64,000 nt of DNA from a bacterium (GTDB taxonomy: Bacteria > Patescibacteriota > Minisyncoccia > UBA6257 > JAGOQP01): NCBI GenBank assembly GCA_021780615.1, contig JAJXYJ010000021.1, positions 3,819 to 67,818 of the forward strand. Direction: 5' to 3'. The position numbers and the translations under genes are program-made. Position 1 is the first letter of the stretch, and every line of letters begins with the position of its first letter. The notes beneath the pieces were generated by a model, which searched no databases, was not told where the DNA came from, and saw only the letters and a list, made by a program, of their open reading frames with translations. This document shows positions 20,563 through 30,935 of the stretch, piece by piece.

Positions 20563-21906
20563 ATGTGGTATAAAAAAACATCGCATCTGCAGTCATTGAT
20601 ACAGCACTATAAAAAAACTATTCTTGCTGTGTGTGGTGCGTTAGTCGTCGGTATTTTTGTTGGTCCGATATTTTTTTCCGGATCAGTGGCATACGCGACG
20701 CCGCCATCATCATGGACCGAAGGTATTATAAGAGCGATATTCCCCGAATTTTCTCATAACAGCACATTGTCAGCAGGAAATTCATTCACCTCAAACTCCA
20801 CGACACAACATGAGCCATCCCCTCTGCATATTACCGATAATCATGATCAAGCGGTAATACAGGCGGTCAAAGATGCATCTCCTGCCGTTGTCTCAATTAT
20901 TATCAGTAAAGATCTTCCGGTGATTGAGCAGTGCCCAGGCCAAAATCCTTTTTCAAATCTTCCTCCCGAATTTCAACAGTTTTTTAATGTCGGCGGGGGA
21001 AGTGGTTCATCACAGTTTATGGTGCCGTGCCAGAAGGGAACGAAGTTGCAGGAAGTGGGGGGTGGTTCAGGTTTTATTGTTTCAGCGGATGGATATATCG
21101 TGACTAATAAACATGTGGTAAGTGACACGAAAGCGGAGTATACCGTACTGACTAACGATGGGAAAAAATATCCGGCAAAAGTAATAGCTATTCATCCGAC
21201 CATGGACTTTGCAATTATAAAAATTGAAGGAAGCAATCTTCCAACGGTGCCGTTAGGTGATTCATCGGCAATACAACTCGGACAAACCGCTATTGCCATC
21301 GGTAATGCGCTGGGAGAGTTTCGTAATACGGTGTCAGTGGGAGTAGTGTCGGGATTGGCTCGTACGGTCACCGCTTCATCGGACACCGGTCAATCGGAAA
21401 CGATTGATAATGTGATTCAGACGGATGCGGCGATTAATCCGGGTAATTCTGGTGGGCCGTTATTGGACATTAGTGGTAATGTCATTGGTATTAATACTGC
21501 CATGGTATCAGGGGCGCAAAGCATCGGATTTGCCATTCCCATTAATGTGGTTAAAAATCAAATTGCTGAAGTGCGTCAAACCGGCAAGATTCAGGTGGCA
21601 TATTTGGGGGTGCGGTATGTTATGCTCACTCCAGAGAATGCCGCGACATTTAATCTTACGGCAACATCGGGAGCACTCATTAAAGGCGATGGACAGAATT
21701 TTGCGGTGCAGCAGGGATCCCCGGCAGATAAAGCGGGTCTCAAAGAGGGAGATATTATTACGGCAATTGATGGACAAACACTTGACCTTAACCACTCTCT
21801 TGGGTATGTTATCTCGCAGAAAAATCCCGGAGACGTTATTCATCTCACTATCATCAGAGAAGGAAAACAAATGCAGTTAACAATCACCCTAGGGAAGAAA
21901 TCATAA
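20563..21906 (+). CDS. HtrA/DegP family serine protease with a PDZ domain
   Basis: The catalytic triad context is present, with GNSGGPL around the serine. It has an N-terminal TM anchor and a C-terminal PDZ-like region. Confidence 0.85.
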   Translation: MWYKKTSHLQSLIQHYKKTILAVCGALVVGIFVGPIFFSGSVAYATPPSSWTEGIIRAIFPEFSHNSTLSAGNSFTSNSTTQHEPSPLHITDNHDQAVIQAVKDASPAVVSIIISKDLPVIEQCPGQNPFSNLPPEFQQFFNVGGGSGSSQFMVPCQKGTKLQEVGGGSGFIVSADGYIVTNKHVVSDTKAEYTVLTNDGKKYPAKVIAIHPTMDFAIIKIEGSNLPTVPLGDSSAIQLGQTAIAIGNALGEFRNTVSVGVVSGLARTVTASSDTGQSETIDNVIQTDAAINPGNSGGPLLDISGNVIGINTAMVSGAQSIGFAIPINVVKNQIAEVRQTGKIQVAYLGVRYVMLTPENAATFNLTATSGALIKGDGQNFAVQQGSPADKAGLKEGDIITAIDGQTLDLNHSLGYVISQKNPGDVIHLTIIREGKQMQLTITLGKKS

Positions 21907-22000
21907 TGTCTGCGACACAGTACTGCCTCCATACAGAGAGGCTATCTGTGCTATACTACTATACACGTCCTAAGCCATACCACCGTGGTATGGCACTATA

Positions 22001-24667
22001 ATGTCTATGAATAATTTCAATCGATTTACCATAAAAGCGCAGGAAGCGCTTCAAAGTGCACAAGAACTTGCCGGAGAAAAGAATCATGGCGAATTAAAAG
22101 CGGTCCACTTGCTTGCCGCACTGGTGGGGGACACACAATCACTCGTACAACCCATGCTTATGAAGGCAGGTGTTGCGTTAGACGAACTGCAAAAAGAAAT
22201 AGATAAGGATGTTGCGCGCCAGCCAAAATTATTTTCATCACAGCCAACCAACTTGGGACAACTGTACTTATCTCAAGAGTTGTTGCAGGTATTGGATCGG
22301 GCAAACAAAGTGGCACTATCACACAAGGACGAATTTATTTCCTGTGAACATTTATTGGTGGCGCTTACCGATGTGCCGTCATCTGCATCGGGCATATTGG
22401 AACGATTTGGATTTTATAAAGAAACCGCCTTGCGGGTGCTGGACGATTTGCGAGGCGCGTCACGGGTAACCGACGAGATGCCGGAGAATAAATTTCAAGT
22501 GTTGGAAAAATATTCCATAAACCTTACCAAAAAAGCTCGCGAAGGAAAGTTGGATCCGGTTATCGGGCGTGACGAAGAATTGCGTCGCGTCATTCAGGTA
22601 CTTTCCCGCCGTACCAAAAATAATCCCGTACTCATCGGTGAACCAGGTGTCGGAAAGACGGCAATTGTGGAAGGACTTGCGCAACGCATTATTTCCGGCG
22701 AAATTCCCGAGAGTCTTAAGGACAAGGAAATTATTATGCTTGACTTAGGCTCGCTCATTGCGGGCACCAAGTTTCGAGGCGACTTTGAAGATCGGCTCAA
22801 GGCTTTTATGAAAGAAATTCAAGGTTCAGCCGGCAAACTCATTTTATTTATTGATGAAATTCATATGATTGTGGGCGCGGGAGCCGCGGAAGGTGCCATT
22901 GATGCATCTAATTTATTAAAGCCGGCATTGGCACGTGGCGAACTGCGAGCTATTGGTGCCACCACCATCAAAGAGTATCAGCGGTATATTGAAAAAGACG
23001 CGGCTCTTGAACGTCGCTTCCAGCCGATTATGGTGGATGAACCATCCATACCGGACAGTATTGCCATTCTGCGCGGCTTAAAAGAAAAGTATGAATTGCA
23101 CCATGGCATTCGGATTTCTGACGAGGCGATTGTATCGGCAGTAAATTTGTCGGCACGTTATTTGAGTGACCGATTTTTGCCTGATAAGGCAATTGATTTA
23201 GTTGATGAGGCGGCCGCATCGCGAAAACTCGAATCCGACAGTCTCCCCACCGACATTGAAAAAGTTCGTCGCGAAATTACACGACTTGAAATAGAAAAAT
23301 CAGCGCTTGCCAATGAACAGGGGGCAAAAAATAAGGCGCGGCTTGTTGATATTGAAAAGAAATTGACTGTTATGAAGAAGGATACTGATGCGCGCTACAA
23401 CGTATGGAAGACAGAAAAAGAATCATTTGGAAAAATAGGAGAGGTGCGAAGAAATATCGAAGAATTGCGCCGTGAGGCAGAGAGTCAGGAGCGTGATGGA
23501 AACCTGGATCGGGTGGCAAAAATTTTATATGGAGAAATTCCGGCACTGGAAAAAGAACTCGCATCTTTGGAGCGAAAACAGAATGCAAAAGGAAAACAGC
23601 GCAAAGGAGCAATGGGGCAGTCATTTATCAAAGAGGCGGTTGATGAAGAGGATATTGCTCATGTTGTCGCTCGTTGGACAGGCATTCCCGTTTCCAAAAT
23701 GCTTGCATCGGAAAATGAAAAGTTGCTTAAAATTGAAGAGACACTCAAAGAACGGGTCATCGGGCAAGATCACGCCGTCCAAGAGGTTGCGCGCGCACTG
23801 CGACGGGCACGAGCAGGACTTTCGGATGATCAAAAACCGTTAGGATCATTTATGTTTTTAGGGCCAACCGGCGTAGGAAAAACGGAACTTGCACGCGCAC
23901 TCTCCGAATTTATGTTTAACGATGATAAGGCGCTCATTCGTGTTGATATGTCTGAGTTTATGGAAAAGCACGCGGTCTCCAAACTTATCGGTTCTCCTCC
24001 TGGCTACATTGGCTATGAAGAAGGTGGCTATCTTACTGAGCTTATTCGCCACCGGCCCTACAGCCTCATTTTGTTTGATGAAATAGAGAAAGCACATCCC
24101 GAGGTGTTCAATATTTTGTTGCAGGTATTGGATAATGGGAGATTGACGGATGCCAAAGGTAAAACTGCAAACTTTAAAAATAGCATCATCATTCTTACCT
24201 CCAACATCGGCAGTGAATTTTTTGGACAATCAGCATCGCCCATTGGTTTTAAGAGTGCAACCTCAGAAGAAAAGCAGAAAGAAGAGCGCGTTGAGGTGGT
24301 GCGTGAAAGAATTTTAGAAGATCTGAAAGATAATTTCCGGCCGGAATTTCTTAATCGACTTGATGAAATTGTCATTTTTAATCAGTTGACCCACAAAGAC
24401 ATTGAGCGGATTGTGGAAATACAGATTAAAAGTCTTGTTCTTAATAAAATGGAAGATAAGGGGTATCGAGTTGATATTGACGCGGGCGTCAAAAAATTTA
24501 TTGCTCAAGAAGGATTTGATCCCGCATTTGGCGCGCGCCCCATCAAGCGTCTCATCCAAAAACAAATATTGGATAAACTTGCTGATAAAATTATTAAAAA
24601 AGAAATCAATGACCGTAAGAAAGTTCACATCATCTTTAAAACTCCCGACACTATCTCTGTTGCTTAG
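22001..24667 (+). CDS. clpB: Chaperone ClpB (AAA+ disaggregase)
   Basis: It is 888 aa with a Clp N domain, two Walker A motifs (GEPGVGKT and GPTGVGKT), a long middle coiled-coil and a C-terminal sensor. Confidence 0.95.
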   Translation: MSMNNFNRFTIKAQEALQSAQELAGEKNHGELKAVHLLAALVGDTQSLVQPMLMKAGVALDELQKEIDKDVARQPKLFSSQPTNLGQLYLSQELLQVLDRANKVALSHKDEFISCEHLLVALTDVPSSASGILERFGFYKETALRVLDDLRGASRVTDEMPENKFQVLEKYSINLTKKAREGKLDPVIGRDEELRRVIQVLSRRTKNNPVLIGEPGVGKTAIVEGLAQRIISGEIPESLKDKEIIMLDLGSLIAGTKFRGDFEDRLKAFMKEIQGSAGKLILFIDEIHMIVGAGAAEGAIDASNLLKPALARGELRAIGATTIKEYQRYIEKDAALERRFQPIMVDEPSIPDSIAILRGLKEKYELHHGIRISDEAIVSAVNLSARYLSDRFLPDKAIDLVDEAAASRKLESDSLPTDIEKVRREITRLEIEKSALANEQGAKNKARLVDIEKKLTVMKKDTDARYNVWKTEKESFGKIGEVRRNIEELRREAESQERDGNLDRVAKILYGEIPALEKELASLERKQNAKGKQRKGAMGQSFIKEAVDEEDIAHVVARWTGIPVSKMLASENEKLLKIEETLKERVIGQDHAVQEVARALRRARAGLSDDQKPLGSFMFLGPTGVGKTELARALSEFMFNDDKALIRVDMSEFMEKHAVSKLIGSPPGYIGYEEGGYLTELIRHRPYSLILFDEIEKAHPEVFNILLQVLDNGRLTDAKGKTANFKNSIIILTSNIGSEFFGQSASPIGFKSATSEEKQKEERVEVVRERILEDLKDNFRPEFLNRLDEIVIFNQLTHKDIERIVEIQIKSLVLNKMEDKGYRVDIDAGVKKFIAQEGFDPAFGARPIKRLIQKQILDKLADKIIKKEINDRKKVHIIFKTPDTISVA

Positions 24668-25349
24668 CACGCTTATTTTTGCGCTCACGTTGGATATTCT
24701 TCGTGGTGGCGCAAGTGTGTGGAGCATCCTTTTGATTGTTGCTTACGCGGTGTATGTATATGTTACACGGATGAACAGTAGCATCCATGTTCCTGCTCTC
24801 TACGGCGCATTAATTGCATCGGCGATTATTGGCGTTGCCGCAGTGCCGTGGGGTATTGGAGCGGGCGTTGTTATTGCATTTTTCTCTACGCTCTTCTTTT
24901 TGGTGGTAGGTGTTGCATCGTTGCAATTTATTCATCCAAAAATGGCGCTGAGTGTTTTTTTCTATCTTGTATTATTTGCGATATGCGTATATGCCAGTTC
25001 ATATAGTATTCCTGTTGCATCGATTCTTACGCCGTTCGTATTGTATGTAGTGCTGTATGCACTGACAAAAGAATATGTGCGTTTTATGCAGGGAGCATGG
25101 AATGCGCGCTTGCGGGTATTTTCCGTGGGGCTTTCGTTGTTGACGGCGGAAGTATTGTGGGCTGGCTCGTTGATTTCCATTGGATTCTTAAACGTCGCCG
25201 CATTAACATTGGTATTTTTTATCACGTTTTTGGATACGATGATGCAGGTGTATGACGGATCACTGACCAAACAGGTGGTGTATAAGAATGCGGCGTTATT
25301 CGGTGTATGTGCCTGTGCGCTGGTGGTAGTTCCCGTACTCATGGGGTAG
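24660..25349 (+). CDS. Multi-pass membrane protein of unknown function, start uncertain
   Basis: It is hydrophobic throughout. The ORF overlaps the clpB 3' end, and the first plausible start is a TTG at about 24660 or an ATG at 24771. Confidence 0.4.
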   Translation: MLSTLIFALTLDILRGGASVWSILLIVAYAVYVYVTRMNSSIHVPALYGALIASAIIGVAAVPWGIGAGVVIAFFSTLFFLVVGVASLQFIHPKMALSVFFYLVLFAICVYASSYSIPVASILTPFVLYVVLYALTKEYVRFMQGAWNARLRVFSVGLSLLTAEVLWAGSLISIGFLNVAALTLVFFITFLDTMMQVYDGSLTKQVVYKNAALFGVCACALVVVPVLMG

Positions 25350-25475
25350 ACATAGTTGAGAGTTATGCAGTTTGTAAGGTTGCAAGGAATGAGTGTGATT
25401 ATTGATAATCGTCTAATATTTTTCAGTTCCCAAAATTTCCAGTGATTTTATATATCAGAAGAGATATTCTTTATT

Positions 25476-25964
25476 ATGAAAAAAGAGTCTATAAAAATAA
25501 TAAGCTCTTCAGCTCTTATGACGCAAAAAATGGCGCAAGAGATTGCGGATCAGATTGCAAAAAGTTCTTTACCTCGCACGATTTTATTGCAGGGCGATTT
25601 GGGGGCGGGCAAGACCACCTTTAGTAAAGGATTTTTGAAATATTTTGGCATAAAGCCATCTGCGGCGAGCCCCACGTTTGTTATCATGAAGCGGTACACT
25701 ACCCGCCTTCGCCAAGGCTCTGGTGGGCAAGTGAAGAATAAAGCGAAGGTACAAAACATATATCACATAGACGCGTATCGCTTGAAATCAAAAGAGGATT
25801 TAGCGCTCATTGGATTTGCCGACGCGCAAAAAGACACGCACGGCATCACGATCATTGAATGGCCCGAAAAAATAACAGGGGCGCGCTTTGTGCGGCCCCT
25901 ATCCATACGGTTTGCGTATGGGGAAAAAGAAAGTGAACGGATCTTGGAGATTTGTTCGTCATAA
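25476..25964 (+). CDS. tsaE: tRNA threonylcarbamoyladenosine biosynthesis protein TsaE
   Basis: GDLGAGKTTF and SPTF are present, and the length is about 160 aa. Confidence 0.8.
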   Translation: MKKESIKIISSSALMTQKMAQEIADQIAKSSLPRTILLQGDLGAGKTTFSKGFLKYFGIKPSAASPTFVIMKRYTTRLRQGSGGQVKNKAKVQNIYHIDAYRLKSKEDLALIGFADAQKDTHGITIIEWPEKITGARFVRPLSIRFAYGEKESERILEICSS

Positions 25965-26093
25965 TCGATGTATAATATATTTTCAATCAACTTATTATTG
26001 TCATTCCGATCTCGATCATATCGGGAGAGGAATCTCATTATGCGCGCCGCAGATTCTTCGGCTCACGCCTCAGAATGACATGATAAAAATAAG

Positions 26094-26118
26094 AACCCCT
26101 GCAAAAGCAGGGGTTTTG
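26094..26118. terminator. Bidirectional rho-independent terminator
   Basis: aacccctgcaaaagcaggggtttt has T-runs on both strands. Confidence 0.65.
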
Positions 26119-26133
26119 TGTGCAACGCAAAAA

Positions 26134-26547
26134 TTATTTTTTAGAAACCTTTTTCCATTCTCCGCCGAATTCTATGGAAAATATTTTCGGACTGGGGAAG
26201 GATTCATATCTGAATGGGATGCTGGGATGCTCGACACCTGCGGAAGAAAGTAGATCGGCGAAATCGTACAGAAGTATTGCTCCCGATGTGATGTGCCAGC
26301 TGCCGCAAATCGACAGTATTTGGAATTGGATGGATGACCCACTTCCCCATCCCACAGGATGTATGGTTGCCTGATACCCTTCCGATTTTTCGTCTAACTC
26401 AATGTCGATTCCTTTGCCATTTGATAGGATGGGAAATATTTTTCCCCATATCTCCCAGTCTCCTTTTTCTTCTAATTCTACCTCAAGAATCATTAAAAAG
26501 GCGATTATAGCAAGATCGATTGCATGAAGTTCTCTTTTTGTCTTCAC
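26134..26547 (-). CDS. Hypothetical protein, with the start revised to a GTG after GGGAGG
   Basis: The ORF-track start runs into a terminator hairpin. A GTG lies 6 nt after GGGAGG. No recognisable domain was found. Confidence 0.35.
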   Translation of the reverse strand: MKTKRELHAIDLAIIAFLMILEVELEEKGDWEIWGKIFPILSNGKGIDIELDEKSEGYQATIHPVGWGSGSSIQFQILSICGSWHITSGAILLYDFADLLSSAGVEHPSIPFRYESFPSPKIFSIEFGGEWKKVSKK

Positions 26548-26645
26548 GACAAACCTCCCGGGCTTCGCGCCCAATATTGTTTTTGAATATATTTTAATTA
26601 TCAAGGAACAACTGTTCCTCTTTTGAAGACACAACGTGGTTATAT

Positions 26646-26691
26646 CCTCAAAAAGGGAAGGTTGCGGCAATCTTTAAAAATCACCGCAACC
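26646..26691 (-). terminator. Terminator for the 26699..27109 gene
   Basis: The stem ggttgcgg...ccgcaacc has a T-run on the minus strand. Confidence 0.55.
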
Positions 26692-26698
26692 TAAAAAC

Positions 26699-27109
26699 TT
26701 ACATCATGAATCTCGCGTTCAACTCCTCCGTGTTCAGATTGAAGTAGAAGAACGTGTTTTTATCGATAATCCATGTCTCAGTACGGGTGTACTGCGTATA
26801 GAAATAGAAATCTCTATACGTCGCCTTCCCATCGCTCTCGCGGATGAGGGTGATATTGGTGTTTAAGTTCGCTCCCCAATTGGAGTACCCACCAAACACC
26901 GACAATGTGTACCTTCCGTAGGGGGGGATGACTGCCTTTTTGCACCCATTGGCGTACATGTCTATTGTTTCATTAGTTTCGTTTACCAGGAATAATTTAC
27001 TGGTGTAGAAACCAACGCCATTTGTTGTGGTAAGTGTGAAACACCCTTCGACAGAAATCATAATCGCAACTACTGCCAAAACAACAAACAAACCTTTTAA
27101 ACTCTTCAT
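26699..27109 (-). CDS. Secreted protein or lipoprotein of unknown function
   Basis: It has a signal peptide, MKSLKGLFVVLAVVAIMISVEGC, with a lipobox-like cysteine. Confidence 0.5.
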   Translation of the reverse strand: MKSLKGLFVVLAVVAIMISVEGCFTLTTTNGVGFYTSKLFLVNETNETIDMYANGCKKAVIPPYGRYTLSVFGGYSNWGANLNTNITLIRESDGKATYRDFYFYTQYTRTETWIIDKNTFFYFNLNTEELNARFMM

Positions 27110-27262
27110 TTCTAACTCCTATATATTTTTTTTGAGAGAACTATTGATTTACTTTTTTAACACTCTAATTATACCATAATTCAATACTAGTGTCAATTAT
27201 CAGTCGGTAAGCATTCATGCGGTATTTCTTTGTTTTTATGACTGCGGTATACTATAACCATT

Positions 27263-28948
27263 ATGCCCGTAGGATCTTCTCAACAACAGGATTTACATGA
27301 TCAACTCGTCAAAATGAAGCGCGATGCCGAAGAACGCGATGCGCAGCGGCGGGCGCAAGGGCATGGGCACGTGTATCTGCCTCCCGAAAAGGTGTCGGTG
27401 AGCCTTGATGCATTAGGCTTGCTTGATGAGCACACAGCTCGGGAAGGGCATTGTGCATTGATTGCCATTAAAGATAAAAAGGTGGCGCTCGTTGCCTACG
27501 ATGAACAATATTCAAAAACAAAAGAAGTTATCGCACACCTGGAAAAAGATGGGTACACATTGGTTATCTATATTGTCTCGTTGAGTTCTTTGGAGTATGC
27601 ATTAGGATTTTATCGGTTTGTTGCCGCAAGCCGGACCGCTATCAGTGGATCGGTACGAGTGGGGATGGAAGATCATGATGTGACTACCGTTGAACATCTT
27701 GACTCACTTCCCAAGGTGTCTGATGCCATACGAGCAAACAGTGATGCGGGAAAAATTTCCCAATTGATGGAAACTATTCTTATGGGAGCGATTGCCAACC
27801 GCGCCTCAGATATTCACATTGAACCAACGCAAAAAGGAGCAAAAGTTCGCTATCGCATTGATGGACTTTTAAATGATGCCTATAACGGTTTGTCGTTGGC
27901 ATTATATCGTCCGGTTATTTCACGCATCAAACTCCTTTCTAACCTCAAAATTAATATTCGCGACGAAGCACAAGATGGCAGATTTACCATCAATCTTTTA
28001 AAAAAGAATATTGAAGTTCGTGTCGCCATTGCGCCATCCGAATATGGCGAAGTAGCAGTGATGCGTATTCTGGACCCCGATGCTATTTCTTTGCAACTTT
28101 CTGATTTGGGTATTCGCGCCGATGATTTGGTTATTATTCAAGATCAACTCAAGCGCCCCAATGGCATGGCGCTCAATACCGGACCTACTGGATCGGGAAA
28201 GACCACGACACTCTATGCATTCCTCAAACATCGACTCACCTCTGATGTGAAAATCATCACCATTGAAGATCCAATTGAATACCACCTCGACGGTATTGAG
28301 CAGACGCAGGTAGATAACGCCGCAAACTATACATTTGCGTTGGGCCTGCGTTCACTGATGCGGCAAGATCCTGATATTATTTTAGTGGGAGAAATTCGCG
28401 ACAAAGAAACGGCAGAAATCGCCGTGCAGGCGGCACTGACCGGGCACTTGGTATTTTCCACCGTGCATGCTAACGAAGCGGCAGGAGGTATTGCACGCTT
28501 GCTGGATTTGGGGGTAAAAGCAAACAGTCTTGCACCGGCACTCAATCTGCTTATTGCACAGCGGCTCGTGCGACGATTATGTCCGCATTGTAAGGTGGCA
28601 CACGATGATCCTGATACAAATAAAAAATTGCAGGATTTTATTGAGCGTTTGCCTAACCGCGTTGATAAAAAAGCATACGCAGAACATATAACAGTCTTTG
28701 AGCCGAAAGGGTGTGAACAGTGCAACGGCACTGGCTATCGAGGCCGCGTGGGAGTCTATGAGCTTTTAGTGGTTACCCCCACCATTCAAGAATTAATATC
28801 TAAAAATGCAGGACAGATAGAAATTTTAGCTGAGGTGGAAAAAGGAGATTTTGTCTCCATGCAGGATGACGGTATATTAAAAATCGCATCGGGTATGACA
28901 ACGTTTGAGGAAGTGGAGGAAACGACGGGGAAAATTATGTGGAGATGA
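27263..28948 (+). CDS. pilB: Type IV pilus/type II secretion assembly ATPase (PilB/GspE family)
   Basis: The Walker A motif GPTGSGKTTT is present, with a tetracysteine motif (CPHC...CEQC) and an N-terminal GSPII-like domain. Confidence 0.85.
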   Translation: MPVGSSQQQDLHDQLVKMKRDAEERDAQRRAQGHGHVYLPPEKVSVSLDALGLLDEHTAREGHCALIAIKDKKVALVAYDEQYSKTKEVIAHLEKDGYTLVIYIVSLSSLEYALGFYRFVAASRTAISGSVRVGMEDHDVTTVEHLDSLPKVSDAIRANSDAGKISQLMETILMGAIANRASDIHIEPTQKGAKVRYRIDGLLNDAYNGLSLALYRPVISRIKLLSNLKINIRDEAQDGRFTINLLKKNIEVRVAIAPSEYGEVAVMRILDPDAISLQLSDLGIRADDLVIIQDQLKRPNGMALNTGPTGSGKTTTLYAFLKHRLTSDVKIITIEDPIEYHLDGIEQTQVDNAANYTFALGLRSLMRQDPDIILVGEIRDKETAEIAVQAALTGHLVFSTVHANEAAGGIARLLDLGVKANSLAPALNLLIAQRLVRRLCPHCKVAHDDPDTNKKLQDFIERLPNRVDKKAYAEHITVFEPKGCEQCNGTGYRGRVGVYELLVVTPTIQELISKNAGQIEILAEVEKGDFVSMQDDGILKIASGMTTFEEVEETTGKIMWR

Positions 28949-29027
28949 TTTTACTAATGATCAATTTTCAGTTTTCAATTGATTAATTTTAAAATTTTAA
29001 ATTAAGATTTGATTTCAAATTTTCACC

Positions 29028-30071
29028 ATGTCCGAGTCTTTTCTCAAACACCAAGATAGTCTTATCGCCACAGGCAAGGAGCTTGCTTATGGGGAAATCT
29101 CGCCGCAGGAGGCGCAGGAGATTGAAGTACTGCAGATGTATAAGGCGCAGATCATGGACGAATTGCATGATGATTTAGCCGCCATTGATGCGGGTGAGGG
29201 TACTATCCGTGGGCAAGGGCGCATCAATCGCGATGCGATATACGACGCCAAGCATGATTCTTTTTTTGTTGATTGCGAGGGGAAGTTGGGAATGGCGACA
29301 CTGGGGGACCTTATCGCCGATGTGGCGCTGGGATGTGAGTACTCCCTGTCTCTTCATGCGGTTCCTCGCGAAAAGGCGAAGTTGTATGCCGTTGAGCGAT
29401 CTAAAACGCATTTGAATCAACTGCTGAATCGCCAATTAGCGTTGCAGGAATATGATGTGGCGATGCAAGAAGAACATGAAACGCGAGCAAAACATTTTGC
29501 TCAGGCACAGGAGGAATTGAACGCAAAAGAAAAAGGCACAGAAGCGCACGTGGGGAAATTATTTGAACAGGACATCATTCATCTGCTCAAAGAGGTGCAG
29601 TATGATCTTTCCCATATGGGCATCTCGGTGCAGGAGGCAAATATTGTGCAAGACATGGATGAAAAAATTGATTTTGTGGTGCAGGTTGAAGACAGACATC
29701 GCGGAGTAGGAGTGCGGGAAACTACCGCTGAACCAAAAACGCAATCTCTTTTTGGTATACAGTTTACGATCAATGCACAGGAAGATGTACGGCAGAAAAA
29801 GGAACGGCAAATTAAGCAAAGCAAAGAACATGGCCTTAAAAGCAAAGTGGATGATATTCTTTTGGTGACAGTGCCGATTGGCTGTGGAGAAATAAAGGCG
29901 GCACATGCCCAGTGGTACGCGCAGGGATGTCCTCCTGGTGGTCCCAGTAAACTCTATGCCGCGCAGGTGAAAGTGGGTCTTCTTGAAAAAATTATGGAAA
30001 AAATGGGAGCGAAGGGTACCATGGAAGAAAAGAAGGGGAAGATGGAGGAATGCTTCAACGCGAAACACTAA
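29028..30071 (+). CDS. Hypothetical protein, 347 aa
   Basis: No recognisable motif was found. It follows pilB after an aattttcaatt-type repeat. Confidence 0.5.
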   Translation: MSESFLKHQDSLIATGKELAYGEISPQEAQEIEVLQMYKAQIMDELHDDLAAIDAGEGTIRGQGRINRDAIYDAKHDSFFVDCEGKLGMATLGDLIADVALGCEYSLSLHAVPREKAKLYAVERSKTHLNQLLNRQLALQEYDVAMQEEHETRAKHFAQAQEELNAKEKGTEAHVGKLFEQDIIHLLKEVQYDLSHMGISVQEANIVQDMDEKIDFVVQVEDRHRGVGVRETTAEPKTQSLFGIQFTINAQEDVRQKKERQIKQSKEHGLKSKVDDILLVTVPIGCGEIKAAHAQWYAQGCPPGGPSKLYAAQVKVGLLEKIMEKMGAKGTMEEKKGKMEECFNAKH

Positions 30072-30120
30072 AGTATTTTACAGTTTACATTTTACAATCC
30101 ATCTTGGTTGGAAATAAAAA

Positions 30121-30158
30121 AGCCGCATGTCCACCAGGCATGCGGTTAATCTTTTTAT
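30121..30158 (+). terminator. Rho-independent terminator
   Basis: gccgcatgtccaccaggcatgcggttaatcttttt forms a hairpin with a T-run. Confidence 0.6.
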
Positions 30159-30241
30159 ATGCGCCGCGTAAAGGCGAAAGATTATAAAACCTTATCGCGG
30201 CAAGAGTATGAATTTCAACACGAATCACTCCTGTATTGTTT

Positions 30242-30514
30242 CTAAGTAGAAAAAAATTTGTGCCATCTGATGCCCAGAGTTATACAAAAACCGGAAATCA
30301 CAAACAGCATGATATCTAAGGGTATGATGGTAATGGGAGAATAGCGGCGAGTAGCAGCGATTAGTAAGAATATCAGTATAAAGAGTACTGCCGTTGCGCT
30401 GTATCTGACCAGCTCATATTTTTCCTTAATGAGCGTAGCGATACCTGATCCGAGAAGAATATACATCAATCCTATTATCGCCAGTATTGCTATTTCGATT
30501 TGGTTTGTAAACAC
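30242..30514 (-). CDS. Small membrane protein (3 TM)
   Basis: It is hydrophobic and 90 aa long. Confidence 0.4.
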   Translation of the reverse strand: MFTNQIEIAILAIIGLMYILLGSGIATLIKEKYELVRYSATAVLFILIFLLIAATRRYSPITIIPLDIMLFVISGFCITLGIRWHKFFST

Positions 30515-30552
30515 GAATCCTCCTCAATTTATTTTGAAATATTATTTATTTA

Positions 30553-30699
30553 ATCGTCCGGTACTGTGGACAACTGTGTGGATGTAGCCCCTGATAACTA
30601 TCAAAAGCATGTAGAATATTTCAGAGGAACGTTCGAGCCGGAACCAAAACGCCCTGAGCATAGAAAAATTCCGAAAGTTTGTCCACAGAACTGGACGAT
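30553..30699. repeat. 147-nt element bounded by a 21-bp near-perfect inverted repeat. It is a candidate structured ncRNA or MITE.
   Basis: atcgtccggtactgtggacaa at 30553..30573 matches the reverse complement of ttgtccacagaactggacgat at 30679..30699, with 2 mismatches. Confidence 0.4.
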
Positions 30700-30935
30700 C
30701 ACGTGTTATAAAAGGACAGCTATCATGTAAATACTATAGCATACTATACTAAATAAGTCAAGGTCTTTACGGGTTAGGGTGAATATCGCTTGGTTTTTTA
30801 AAAAAACGCCATAATAATACCCCTTCCTTGCCATGCGGGGTATCGCCCGAGTATCACTTGTATGTGCACTTTACGACATCTTTTCGTAAAGGCTTTTTTG
30901 TGATACAGTACACCATACTACTACACCGCGATTAT

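Noticed and set aside
24402-24659. N-terminal 86 codons of the ORF at 24402..25349
   Set aside because: They overlap the 3' end of clpB in another frame and are lysine-rich low-complexity sequence. The membrane protein more likely starts near 24660.
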